From the NCBI GenBank assembly GCA_963842085.1, contig CAWJET010000001.1, positions 3,072,001 through 3,136,000 of the forward strand: a DNA stretch of 64,000 nt. Reading direction: 5' to 3'. Below the pieces are notes generated by a model. That model was given only the letters and a program-made list of their open reading frames with translations, was not told the origin of the DNA and searched no databases. How positions within the stretch are numbered: position 1 is the stretch's first letter; every line of letters starts with the position of its first letter. Made by a program: the position numbers and the translations under genes. This DNA comes from an uncultured delta proteobacterium (lineage in GTDB: Bacteria > Desulfobacterota > Binatia > Binatales > Binataceae). Positions 40,035 to 48,937 of this stretch are shown here, in pieces.

Positions 40035-41492
40035 TTGAAGATCACCATCGTTGCGGCGGAAGCCGCTCCCTATGCGAAAGCCGGCGGCCTCGCCGACGTG
40101 ATCGGCTCATTGCCGGGCGCATTTAAGGAGGTGGGCGAGGAACCGTCGCTGATCGTGCCCGGCTACGCTTCGATTGTGAAGAGCGTCGAGATTGCTCCGG
40201 TCCTGCGCGATATCTCGATTCGATTCGGCACCGGCGTCGAACGTTTCTCGGTATTGCGCGCGACCGACCCGCATGGTGTGCCGATGTATCTTATCGACCA
40301 TCCCGGATTGTTCGGGCGGCGCGGAGTGTACGGCGAGAACGGCAAGGACTATCCCGACAACATGCGGCGCTTTGCCTTCTTCGGCCGCGCGGCCGCCTTT
40401 GCAGCCGCGGAGATAGTCGCGCCGGACGTCGTACATGCGCACGATTGGCATTCGGCGCCATTGACGATCGCGATGCGCGCCGACAACACGCTGCGGCCAA
40501 GGTTCAAGCGGGCGCTCTCGATCTTCACGATTCACAATCTTGCCTTCCAGGGTATCGGCAAACGCGAGGACTTCGCGCTGCTCAACCTCGACGCGCCATA
40601 TTATTCGGTCGATTACCTTGAATTTTACGGCCACCTGAACCTGATGAAGGGCGCGATCGTTCTGTCCGACGGCGCGTCAACCGTCAGCCCCACCTACGCG
40701 CACGAAATTACGACCGACCCGGAACTCGGCTTTGGACTCGAGGGGGTGCTGCGCGACAAGGGCCCGAATTTCGTCGGCATCCTCAACGGCGCCGACTACC
40801 ACGAGTGGGATCCCGCCAACGACCGCGAAATCGCCGCGAGGTACACGCCCGCGAAGCCCGACGGCAAGCGTGCCTGCACGCGCGCGCTGCGCGATTCGCT
40901 CGGTCTGCCGAACCGCGAGGACTGGCCGGTAGTCGGCATGGTCACGCGCATGACCGGGCAGAAAGGCGTCGACCTGCTTAAGGAGGCGCTCGACGCCGTT
41001 ATGGACCTGGATTTGCAGCTCGTCATGCTGGCGAGCGGCGATGCGGTGCTCGAGGAATTTTTCAAAGACGCGGAGTCGCGCTACCCGGAGAAACTTCGCG
41101 CGATAATCGAGTTCAACAACGCGATGGCGCATCGAATCCAGGCCGGCAGCGACGCCTTCCTGATGCCGTCGCGATTCGAACCGTGCGGACTCACGCAGAT
41201 GTACGCGCTGCGCTACGGCACCGCGCCCGTGGTGCGCGCCACCGGCGGACTGCGCGACACCGTCATTGAGTTCGATCCCACCGCCGCGACCGGCAACGGC
41301 TTCGCATTCGACCAGTTCGACGCGGCGGAAATGGTCGCGGCGCTGGAGCGGATGGTGGCGACGTTCAGGCAGCGCCCGCGGTGGCGGCGGCTGATGGCTA
41401 ATTGCTTCGCCTCGGATTTTTCGTGGGAGCGCGCCGCTCGGCAATACGTCGAGTGGTTCACGCGGCTGCGAAAGGCTCGCGGCCTCAGCTAG
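40035..41492 (+). CDS. glgA: Glycogen synthase
   Basis: KAGGLADV, HAHDWH, FTIHNLAFQG, PSRFEPCGLTQ. TTG start inferred; an in-frame ATG exists at 39954. Confidence 0.95.
   Translation: MKITIVAAEAAPYAKAGGLADVIGSLPGAFKEVGEEPSLIVPGYASIVKSVEIAPVLRDISIRFGTGVERFSVLRATDPHGVPMYLIDHPGLFGRRGVYGENGKDYPDNMRRFAFFGRAAAFAAAEIVAPDVVHAHDWHSAPLTIAMRADNTLRPRFKRALSIFTIHNLAFQGIGKREDFALLNLDAPYYSVDYLEFYGHLNLMKGAIVLSDGASTVSPTYAHEITTDPELGFGLEGVLRDKGPNFVGILNGADYHEWDPANDREIAARYTPAKPDGKRACTRALRDSLGLPNREDWPVVGMVTRMTGQKGVDLLKEALDAVMDLDLQLVMLASGDAVLEEFFKDAESRYPEKLRAIIEFNNAMAHRIQAGSDAFLMPSRFEPCGLTQMYALRYGTAPVVRATGGLRDTVIEFDPTAATGNGFAFDQFDAAEMVAALERMVATFRQRPRWRRLMANCFASDFSWERAARQYVEWFTRLRKARGLS
41446..41492 (+). repeat. 47-bp direct repeat, copy 1 (3' end of glgA)
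   Basis: ACGTCGAGTGGTTCACGCGGCTGCGAAAGGCTCGCGGCCTCAGCTAG, identical to 42513-42559. Confidence 0.95.
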
Positions 41493-41500
41493 GATGAAAC

Positions 41501-41546
41501 CTCATAACCCCAGGGTCATTAGGTTCGAATCCTGTCCCCAAGACCA
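41501..41546 (+). pseudogene. Degenerate 3' half of tRNA-Met(CAT), att-site-like
   Basis: CTCATAA anticodon loop, GGTC, T-arm AGGTTCGAATCCT and terminal ACCA; no 5' half. Confidence 0.75.
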
Positions 41547-41603
41547 GAAATTAGCCGTCAGTAGGAACGAGTCATAAAATTGTGAAGTAAAGGAGAAGTC
41601 GCG

Positions 41604-42500
41604 ATGCGTGTATTTGTCACCGGTGCTACAGGCTTTATCGGTACCGCGGTTATTCCGGAGCTTATCAACGCCGGCCATAAGGTGATCGGTCTTGCGCGCT
41701 CGGATGCGGCCGCCAACAAGTCTCTGGTCGAGGCTGGCGCGCAGGTGCATCGCGGTGATCTTGAAGACCTCGAAAGCCTGCGCAGTGGAGCTGCCATGTC
41801 GGATGGCGTGATTCACCTCGCCTTCAATCACGACTTCTCGAAGTACATGGATAACTGTCAGGCAGACAGGCGCGCTATCGAGGCTCTTGGCTCCGCGCTT
41901 GCCGGATCGGACAGGCCCCTGATCGTCATCTCGGGGACCGCTATGGCCCTCACGCCGGGCCGCGCCGCAACCGAAGACGATCCGCCCACTCCCAGCTCGA
42001 TGAGCCCCCGCAGCGCGTCGGAAGAGGCTACAATTGAGATGGTGTCGCGGGGCGTGCGCGCATCGGTGGTGCGCCTCCCGCAGGTCCACGACCGAGTCAA
42101 GCAAGGCCTCATCACCTACGTGATCGACATAGCTCGCGAGAAGGGTATGTCGGCGTTCGTCGGCGACGGGCTCTACCGCTGGCCCGCGGTGCACCTGCTC
42201 GACACTGCCCGGCTCTACAGACTGGCGCTTGAAAAGGGTGATGGGGGAGCCAGGTACCACGCGGTCGCCGAAGAGGGCGTGCCGTTTCGAGACATCGCCG
42301 ACATAGTCGGCCGTGGCCTGAATGTGCCGGTCGTCGCCAAGTCCTCCGAGGAGGCAGCCGACCACTTTGGTTGGCTCGGATTCTTCATGGGTATCGACTG
42401 CCCAGCTTCCAGCGCGCAAACGCAGGAGCGGCTGGGATGGCGTCCAACACAGCCTGGTCTCATCACCGATCTCGAACATGCGAAGGCTTTCGAAGCCTAA
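41604..42500 (+). CDS. Atypical SDR / NAD-dependent epimerase-dehydratase family oxidoreductase
   Basis: VFVTGATGFIG, VIHLAFNHDF, RLPQVH and LGWRPTQPGL; AAGGAG RBS. Confidence 0.9.
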   Translation: MRVFVTGATGFIGTAVIPELINAGHKVIGLARSDAAANKSLVEAGAQVHRGDLEDLESLRSGAAMSDGVIHLAFNHDFSKYMDNCQADRRAIEALGSALAGSDRPLIVISGTAMALTPGRAATEDDPPTPSSMSPRSASEEATIEMVSRGVRASVVRLPQVHDRVKQGLITYVIDIAREKGMSAFVGDGLYRWPAVHLLDTARLYRLALEKGDGGARYHAVAEEGVPFRDIADIVGRGLNVPVVAKSSEEAADHFGWLGFFMGIDCPASSAQTQERLGWRPTQPGLITDLEHAKAFEA

Positions 42501-42512
42501 GCAAAAGCCTCC

Positions 42513-42559
42513 ACGTCGAGTGGTTCACGCGGCTGCGAAAGGCTCGCGGCCTCAGCTAG
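42513..42559 (+). repeat. 47-bp direct repeat, copy 2
   Basis: Identical to 41446-41492; lies just before rnhA. Confidence 0.95.
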
Positions 42560-42568
42560 AATCCAGCC

Positions 42569-43183
42569 GTGGCATCTGGAAATCGCGAATATCTCGTTTA
42601 TGCCGACGGCTCCTGCATCGGCAACCCCGGGCCGGGCGGATGGGGCGTCGTGATCCGCGATCCCGGCGGTACCGTGAGCGAACTCAACGGTCACAGCGAT
42701 TCAACCACCAACAATCGGATGGAACTGACCGCCGCAATCGAAGGCCTGCGCGCGACCCAGCGCGGCGCCGAGGTCATTCTGCGCAGTGACAGCAAGTATG
42801 TCGTGGATTCGATGCGGCTCAATTACAAGCGCAACAAGAATCACGATTTGTGGGAACTACTCGACGCTGAAGTGGCGGCGCGTCGCGTGCGATTCGAGTG
42901 GGTCCGCGGGCATGGCAGCGATGCGACTAACAATCGCGCCGACGAACTCGCCCTGATGGGTGCGAATGGCAGGCTGCTTGCCGAGGGAGCGACGGCAGGG
43001 GAACGAAAAACGCGCGCATCGAACAGCGACGACTCAGTCCTAGAGTCGGAGCTGACGGTGCTGCTGAAGCCGGGCGAATCGATTCGCGAATGCGCGAGAT
43101 GCGGCGCGAAGTTTGTCAGCCGCCGCGACGGCGACAACTTCTGCTCGCATCTGCGCTGCCAGCTCGACGCGCGCAACCGCTAA
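42569..43183 (+). CDS. rnhA: Ribonuclease HI with a C-terminal Cys4 Zn-finger-like extension
   Basis: ADGSCIGNPGPGGWG, TNNRMEL, SDSKYV and WVRGH...NNRADELA; tail CARC...CSHLRC. Confidence 0.9.
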   Translation: MASGNREYLVYADGSCIGNPGPGGWGVVIRDPGGTVSELNGHSDSTTNNRMELTAAIEGLRATQRGAEVILRSDSKYVVDSMRLNYKRNKNHDLWELLDAEVAARRVRFEWVRGHGSDATNNRADELALMGANGRLLAEGATAGERKTRASNSDDSVLESELTVLLKPGESIRECARCGAKFVSRRDGDNFCSHLRCQLDARNR

Positions 43184-43185
43184 AG

Positions 43186-43956
43186 CTACCAGATTGCCGG
43201 GACCAATGCGTCCGTCTCGCGCACGTAGGCGTCGTACTCTTCGCCAAAGCGCGCGCGCATCGCGGCCTCTTCGGACTTCATTCGTCGATTCGCGAAAATT
43301 GCTCCGACGATTAGCGTCAGGATCGCGGTGACAGGCGCCCCGTAAATCAGCGGCCATCCGAACGTGACCAAAAAGGTTCCCGCATAAATCGGATGCCTGA
43401 TGTGCCGATAGAAGCCGCGCTTGACGAGGACCGGACGCTCTCCAGTCCGGCCCGAAGTGAAAAATCCGAGCTGAATGCGTGCGCCAAGCGCCAGCCACAT
43501 CCCTAGCAGCTCAAGTAACAGTCCGAGCGCCTTGACGAACGCCGGCGCCGCGCCGCCGTAAACATAGGTGCGTTCGAACGGCGCGGCCGCAAACGTCACG
43601 AGCAGCGGCAGCTGCGCGGCGATCCGCCGGCTGAGCTCCTCGCGCGGCGGACTGTCCTCGGCATCTTCGCGCACAATCAAATCGGCAAAGCGAAAGCCCG
43701 CATAGGCAGCCAGGTAGGCGAGCACATACTGATGCTCGCCGAAGTAGTCGGTGATTCCGAGTCCCAGCGCGATCGCCCCGACCACGGCGAGCAGGAAGAT
43801 CGCGGTCTCTGCAAAGCGCAGCGACAGACGGCGGATGAAATGCGGATGCTCGCCGGGCGCGGCGGCGTCGGCGGCGAGCATCGCCGTTGCCGGCTTCAAT
43901 CCTCCGGTCGCTTTGGTGTCGGATTGGGGCGCGTCCTGGTTGATTTCGCTGGCCAT
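43186..43956 (-). CDS. ICMT/PEMT family membrane methyltransferase
   Basis: LVKRGFYRHIRHPIY and EEAAMRARFGEEYDAY. Confidence 0.85.
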   Translation of the reverse strand: MASEINQDAPQSDTKATGGLKPATAMLAADAAAPGEHPHFIRRLSLRFAETAIFLLAVVGAIALGLGITDYFGEHQYVLAYLAAYAGFRFADLIVREDAEDSPPREELSRRIAAQLPLLVTFAAAPFERTYVYGGAAPAFVKALGLLLELLGMWLALGARIQLGFFTSGRTGERPVLVKRGFYRHIRHPIYAGTFLVTFGWPLIYGAPVTAILTLIVGAIFANRRMKSEEAAMRARFGEEYDAYVRETDALVPAIW

Positions 43957-44121
43957 CTTTCCACTTTTGCAGATGCGTTGAGGTTGATCAAAGAGCGCCG
44001 GGCGACCATCGATCCGCAGCATAATAGCTGCGGGCGGCTGATTGCATTGATTCGCGAAACAAGAAATTTACCGCGAAAATAGAAAACTGATTCATTTGAT
44101 GTCGCATTCTGCGAGTTTAAC

Positions 44122-44134
44122 TAACTTATTGATT
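44122..44134 (-). promoter_or_regulatory. IHF binding site
   Basis: Minus strand AATCAATAAGTTA is an exact match to WATCAANNNNTTR, within an AT-rich tract. Confidence 0.65.
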
Positions 44135-44216
44135 TTATTCGTATTTCCTTGATTGATGATCAATATAGGGGCATCGCTTGCCGAAGAAGTTGTTGTTAAA
44201 TCGAGAGTTTTAGTGA

Positions 44217-44232
44217 TGGCATGCGGCTTGCT
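44217..44232 (+). promoter_or_regulatory. sigma54 promoter of the twin small-protein genes
   Basis: TGGCATGCGGCTTGCT, a near-consensus -24/-12 element. Confidence 0.8.
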
Positions 44233-44269
44233 GTACTCCTGTAAGTCATTCAACACGGAGGACCTCAAA

Positions 44270-44446
44270 ATGAACGCTACAACCAACCAAGTAAGACTCG
44301 CGGCAATCGCCAATACCAACGAAGCGGCGGAAGCCACCGCAGGAACCCGGCTCGCGCAGAACAGCCTGCTCAGCGAACTGCCCGGCGTCGTGTTCGGCTT
44401 GATCACGCTCGGATACATCGTCAGCTCGCTGCTGGCGTTGGCCTGA
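44270..44446 (+). CDS. Small protein (58 aa) with a C-terminal TM helix, paralog 1
   Basis: GGAGG RBS; MNATTNQVRLAAIANTNEAAEATAGTRLAQNSLLSELPGVVFGLITLGYIVSSLLALA. Confidence 0.8.
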   Translation: MNATTNQVRLAAIANTNEAAEATAGTRLAQNSLLSELPGVVFGLITLGYIVSSLLALA

Positions 44447-44480
44447 AATCGTCCGAAGAACATTACGGGAGGAAGTTGAA

Positions 44481-44660
44481 ATGAACGCAACCACTACTCA
44501 GCCCAGGCTCGCAGGACTCGCTTCGATCAATCACGCGGCGGAAGTCACCGACGCGACGCGGCTCGCGCAGTACAACATGCTGAACGAAATCCCGGGCGCG
44601 CTTTTCGGCTTGATCACCGTCGCCTACATCGTCGGCTCGCTGCTCGCGCTCGCGCATTAA
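44481..44660 (+). CDS. Small protein (59 aa) with a C-terminal TM helix, paralog 2 (absent from the ORF track)
   Basis: GGAGG RBS; MNATTTQPRLAGLASINHAAEVTDATRLAQYNMLNEIPGALFGLITVAYIVGSLLALAH. Confidence 0.8.
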   Translation: MNATTTQPRLAGLASINHAAEVTDATRLAQYNMLNEIPGALFGLITVAYIVGSLLALAH

Positions 44661-45286
44661 GTCATGTCATCGCGCGCGGCCAACATCGCAAACGTGACCG
44701 GGTGCGCGAGTACCCGAGCGGCGCGACCCGATGCGGCGCGCGCGGAGATGTGTGACGCGGTGACAGGCTCATCGACTGCCGCCGCCCGCGCTACCATGGT
44801 GAGAGACACCCAGATGACTGCGGCTGCCAGCACGATCGTGAACCACGCCATCGCGCGGATTCGCCGCAGCATCGAGTTGAGCTGTTCGACGGTGAACGGC
44901 TCGCCGTCGCCGTGTGCGGCCACCTCTTCCTGGCGGCCGATTCTGAACGCCAGCCCGAACGTAATGTAGGTCTGGATGAAGATGAGAACGAAGGCCAGCG
45001 CCAGTTTCAGTTCGAGTGCGGAACCGATCCGCGCGAAGTAGTCGAACTTCATCGACGCCTTCAGGTCCGTCAGGCGCATCGCGCCGCTAATCACAATAAT
45101 TCCCAGCACGCCGATCGTGAACGGGTTGTAGAACTTGAAACCCGCGATCAGGCTCGCGCGCCGCGCGGCCTCGTTGGGGGCGGTCTCGGCGGCCGGGATC
45201 AGCATAAATATGACCGCGAACTGCGCGCCGACGTATGACGCCATCGCGCACAGATGCAGCCACATCAGGAATTCGCCGCCGCTCAT
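44657..45286 (-). CDS. Four-TM membrane protein, CopD/DUF2269-like
   Basis: WLHL in the first helix, ISG after the second and LELKLAL in the third. Confidence 0.6.
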   Translation of the reverse strand: MSGGEFLMWLHLCAMASYVGAQFAVIFMLIPAAETAPNEAARRASLIAGFKFYNPFTIGVLGIIVISGAMRLTDLKASMKFDYFARIGSALELKLALAFVLIFIQTYITFGLAFRIGRQEEVAAHGDGEPFTVEQLNSMLRRIRAMAWFTIVLAAAVIWVSLTMVARAAAVDEPVTASHISARAASGRAARVLAHPVTFAMLAARDDMT

Positions 45287-45436
45287 CGCGGCAACTCAGC
45301 AGCGTGTTTAAAGACGACTAACGACAACTGCACTCCGAATTCCATTCCAACAACCGTAATTCTGCAGCCCACTGGATAGCTGTCATGAAGAAAGCGACAA
45401 CGGAGCGGGCACGTGCAGAAACCAAGAGTATTGGGT

Positions 45437-45453
45437 GCAGGGGTCACCCCTGC
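45437..45453. repeat. Short palindrome at the 3' end of the GH1 gene
   Basis: GCAGGGGT-C-ACCCCTGC; a related GGGGTCGCC-GCTT-GGCGACCCC hairpin lies at 46832-46853. Confidence 0.55.
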
Positions 45454-46812
45454 TCAAACGACCGGGTCGAAATCCAGCGCGCCGGTGCGCGCGAGGCGCG
45501 AGTACCAGTGGCCGCTTTCCTTGACGATTCTCTGCTGCGTGCTGAAGTCGCAATACACGATTCCGAAGCGCTGCTGAAAGCCCTCGGCCCATTCGAAGTT
45601 GTCGGTAAAGGTCCACAGAAAATAACCGCGCACGTCGGCGCCCGCCTTCATCGCGTGCCCGACCTCGGCGATGTAACGGCGGATGAAGCTGACGCGGCGC
45701 TGGTCGTTGACCTTGCCGTCGGCGCCCGGGCCGTCGCCATATGAGCATCCGTTCTCGGTCACGTAGATCGGGACACCGGGGTAGTCTTTCGTGACGCGCA
45801 GGATCATTTCGGACAGCGCCTGCGGACTCACTGCCCAGCCGAAGTCCGTGACTTCTTCGCCCCGGGGCCTGACCTGCTTCACGCCCATGTAGCGATCGTG
45901 CGAATCGTGAGCGACCACCGCACGCGTATAGAGGTTGATCCCGATGAAGTCGAGCGGAGCCTTGATCAGGTCCATGTCGCCGGCGCGAATCTCGACGTGA
46001 TCCTCGACCGATCCGTGCAGGTAGGCCTGGGGATACTTGCCGCGCATGACGGTATCCAGAAACCACATATTATAAAACCGATGCCATCGCTCGGCCGCCG
46101 TGCGATCCTCGAGCGAGCCGGTTTCCGGATGCACCGGCGACATGCTGAAGGCAGTGCCGACCGCCTCGGGATGGTTCTTCGATTCGCGGATCGCCCGGAC
46201 GGCCATGCCCTGCGCGAGATTGACAGTGTGCGTCGCCTTGAGCGCATTGTCTGTTTCGTGGCGTCCCGGCGCGTGCATGCCGATCGCGTAGCCGAGCATC
46301 GTGAAGATCCACGGCTCGTTGAATACCATCCAATGCTTCACGCGATCGCCTAGCGCGTCCGCGACGGTGACGGCGTAGTCGCAAAAATATTCGGCCAGGT
46401 CGCGATTCGGCCATCCGCCGGCGTCCTCGAGCGCCTGCGGCAGATCCCAATGATAGAGCGTGACCCACGGCTGGATGTTGCGCTCGAGCATTTGGTCCAC
46501 CACGCGGCGGTAGAAGTCGAGGCCCTTCTGATTCACCGGGCCCTTGCCGGTGGGCATGATGCGCGGCCATGCGATCGAGATGCGCGCGGCGTTGAGGCCG
46601 AGCTGCTCCATCAGCGCGATGTCGTCCGCGTACCGATGGTAGAAATCGCACGCCAAGTCGCCGGTGTCGCCGTGCTTAATCTTGCCGGGTGTGTGCGCGA
46701 AGCGATCCCAGATGGACTCGCCCTTGCCGTCTTCGTTGCAGCCGCCCTCGATTTGGTACGACGCGCTGGCGGTGCCCCACAGAAAATCTTTTGGGAAAGA
46801 TGTTGGCGCCAT
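45454..46812 (-). CDS. bglA: GH1 beta-glucosidase
   Basis: FLWGTASASYQIEG, TLYHWDLP, catalytic NEP and TENG, DNFEWAEG. Confidence 0.95.
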   Translation of the reverse strand: MAPTSFPKDFLWGTASASYQIEGGCNEDGKGESIWDRFAHTPGKIKHGDTGDLACDFYHRYADDIALMEQLGLNAARISIAWPRIMPTGKGPVNQKGLDFYRRVVDQMLERNIQPWVTLYHWDLPQALEDAGGWPNRDLAEYFCDYAVTVADALGDRVKHWMVFNEPWIFTMLGYAIGMHAPGRHETDNALKATHTVNLAQGMAVRAIRESKNHPEAVGTAFSMSPVHPETGSLEDRTAAERWHRFYNMWFLDTVMRGKYPQAYLHGSVEDHVEIRAGDMDLIKAPLDFIGINLYTRAVVAHDSHDRYMGVKQVRPRGEEVTDFGWAVSPQALSEMILRVTKDYPGVPIYVTENGCSYGDGPGADGKVNDQRRVSFIRRYIAEVGHAMKAGADVRGYFLWTFTDNFEWAEGFQQRFGIVYCDFSTQQRIVKESGHWYSRLARTGALDFDPVV

Positions 46813-46909
46813 AGGCCGCTTTGTTATCACAGGGGTCGCCGCTTGGCGACCCCGCCCTGCTCACTGTCGCGCTGGAACGTACACAAAAAAAGGGAGATGC
46901 GGACCCCTA

Positions 46910-47202
46910 CGTCATCCTGACGATGCGAGCATCGCGAGCTTTTGTGCGGCGCGATTGCCTGGTGCGCCGCACTCCCTCCGTCATCCTGACGATGCGAGCA
47001 TCGCGAGCTGAGGAAGGGATCTCGGACAGCTTCGCGCGCCGCGAAACCGGTACCGGTTCCTAGTCGGCCGCAGGCCCACAACTTCTCTCCCCCTCTCCCT
47101 GTCAGGGAGCCCTTGCATAATTGCGCGCCGCCTCATTCCCCTCTCCCTGACCGGGCGAGGGGAAGATCGGAACCGGGATTCTTCGCTTCGCTCTGAATGA
47201 CA
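46910..47202. repeat. Cluster of REP-like elements
   Basis: 31-bp CGTCATCCTGACGATGCGAGCATCGCGAGCT at 46910-46940 and 46979-47009; AACCGGTACCGGTT palindrome; CCCTCTCCCTG units; terminal GATTCTTCGCTTCGCTCTGAATGAC. Confidence 0.75.
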
Positions 47203-47257
47203 CGAAGACCAGAAATCGCAGAATAATCTTGAATCGTGCGCGCAGGAAATCGCGACC

Positions 47258-47590
47258 TTATGTGGCCATCAGCTTTCTGACCGCTGCTGCCACCGCTCGT
47301 TGCTCGGCCGCCGTGAGGACTCCTGCCTTGTGCACTATCAGGCGGTTGTCCAGGGTGAACAGTTTCAGTCTAACCTTCGACGCCGCGCGGAGTCCCGCCT
47401 TTGCGGAATCGATAGCCACGTCCATCGGCCACGGCGGATTTGCCGCGCTCGTGATCATCGCCAGCAGCGTGTGGCCGTTCTCGTGACTGAAGCTTTCCGA
47501 TGAGAGAGCGAGCGCCGGGCGTCGCTTGACGGTGCGACTGTTTGTGAACGGAAACGGCACGACGACGACGTCGTTTCGCCTACAGATCAC
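47258..47590 (-). CDS. PemK/MazF-family toxin
   Basis: DVVVVPFPFTN...KRRPALALS...LAMITS. Confidence 0.88.
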   Translation of the reverse strand: MICRRNDVVVVPFPFTNSRTVKRRPALALSSESFSHENGHTLLAMITSAANPPWPMDVAIDSAKAGLRAASKVRLKLFTLDNRLIVHKAGVLTAAEQRAVAAAVRKLMAT

Positions 47591-47840
47591 CGTAAGCCTT
47601 TTCGTCGTTGTCCGAATTCCATTCCGAGAGAGTCTTCTCCAGCGCCGAAAGGAACTCGAGGTCCAGAGGCTCGGCCTTGCGGAGGCGTACCGTTCCGGCT
47701 TGCGACTCCTCGAATACCAGCGTGTCCCCGGGTTCCAGATTCAGCTTTTTACGAACCGGCAGCGGCACGGTAGCTTGGCCCTTGCTGGTCAGTCTGCTGC
47801 TTGCGATTGCGCGAACTGCAGAACGTTTGGAAGCCGTCAT
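47580..47840 (-). CDS. AbrB/MazE-family antitoxin
   Basis: SRLTSKGQATVPLPVRKKLNLEPGD and acidic tail EWNSDNDEKAYGDL; overlaps the toxin start. Confidence 0.88.
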   Translation of the reverse strand: MTASKRSAVRAIASSRLTSKGQATVPLPVRKKLNLEPGDTLVFEESQAGTVRLRKAEPLDLEFLSALEKTLSEWNSDNDEKAYGDL

Positions 47841-47971
47841 TGCCAATTGCCTCGGTATTACCTCCTTAGCATATTACTGGTCGATGGTTGATTGCAATTG
47901 TCCATGTGCGGCGCAACGGACAACAGGGTGCACGGCGTGAGCGGAGCCGAAGGGATCCTCCTTGACAACCG

Positions 47972-48937
47972 CTACTCGCCCTTTGCTTCGAGCCAGCGCT
48001 CGGCGTCGATTGCGGCCATGCATCCGGTGCCGGCGGCGGTGACTGCCTGACGATAGACGCTGTCGGCGACGTCGCCGGCGGCGAACACGCCTTCGACGTT
48101 GGTATAGGTCGAGCCCGGCTTCACCTTCAGGTAGCCGAGCTGGTCCATCTCGAGCTGGCCCGTGAATAGCGCGGTGTTCGGTTGATGACCGATCGCGACG
48201 AACACGGCGTCGGTCTTCATATTGGAGACGTTGCCGGTCTTGAGATTTTTCAGCTTGACGGCGCTGACGCCGCCTTTCTGCTCGCCGATGATTTCCTCGA
48301 CTGCGGAATCCCAGACGAATGCGATCTTCGGATTCTTGCGCGCGCGATCCTGCATGATCTTCGACGCGCGCAGCGCGTCGCGGCGATGCACGACGGTGGC
48401 CCTGGTGACGAACCTGGTCAGGAAGTTCGCTTCCTCCATCGCAGTGTCGCCGCCGCCGACCACGATCGTTTCCTTGTCCTTGAAGAAAGCGCCGTCGCAG
48501 GTGGCGCATGCACTCACGCCGTAACCCATCAGGCGTTTCTCCGATTCGATGCCGAGCAGCTTGGCCGACGCGCCGGTCGCAATGATCACGGCGTCGGCCT
48601 TGATCAGTTTGCCGTCGGCGACCAGCTCAAACGGACGCTTGCCGAAGCGCACCTCCGTAACTGCGCCGCTCAGGAAGCGGGTGCCGAAGCGCGTCACCTG
48701 GCGCCGGAACACGTCCATCATCTCGGGGCCCTGGATGCCATGCTCGAAGCCGGGATAATTCTCGACTTCAGTGGTGATAGTGAGTTGGCCGCCGGGTTCA
48801 TTTCCTTCGATCAGCAGCGGACTCAGATTGGCGCGGGCCGTATAGAGTGCCGCGGTCAGTCCGGCAGGGCCGGAGCCGAGGATTACGACCTTGTTGATTT
48901 GCAGGGCCGGCCCTGCACCCAGTGATTCTGTAGTCAT
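47972..48937 (-). CDS. trxB: Thioredoxin reductase
   Basis: GSGPAG, CATCDG, GGGDTAMEE and YRQAVTAAGTGC. Confidence 0.97.
   Translation of the reverse strand: MTTESLGAGPALQINKVVILGSGPAGLTAALYTARANLSPLLIEGNEPGGQLTITTEVENYPGFEHGIQGPEMMDVFRRQVTRFGTRFLSGAVTEVRFGKRPFELVADGKLIKADAVIIATGASAKLLGIESEKRLMGYGVSACATCDGAFFKDKETIVVGGGDTAMEEANFLTRFVTRATVVHRRDALRASKIMQDRARKNPKIAFVWDSAVEEIIGEQKGGVSAVKLKNLKTGNVSNMKTDAVFVAIGHQPNTALFTGQLEMDQLGYLKVKPGSTYTNVEGVFAAGDVADSVYRQAVTAAGTGCMAAIDAERWLEAKGE

Noticed and set aside
41493-41546. Functional tRNA-Met gene
   Set aside because: No acceptor 5' strand, D arm or 5' anticodon stem; the upstream sequence is glgA coding DNA.
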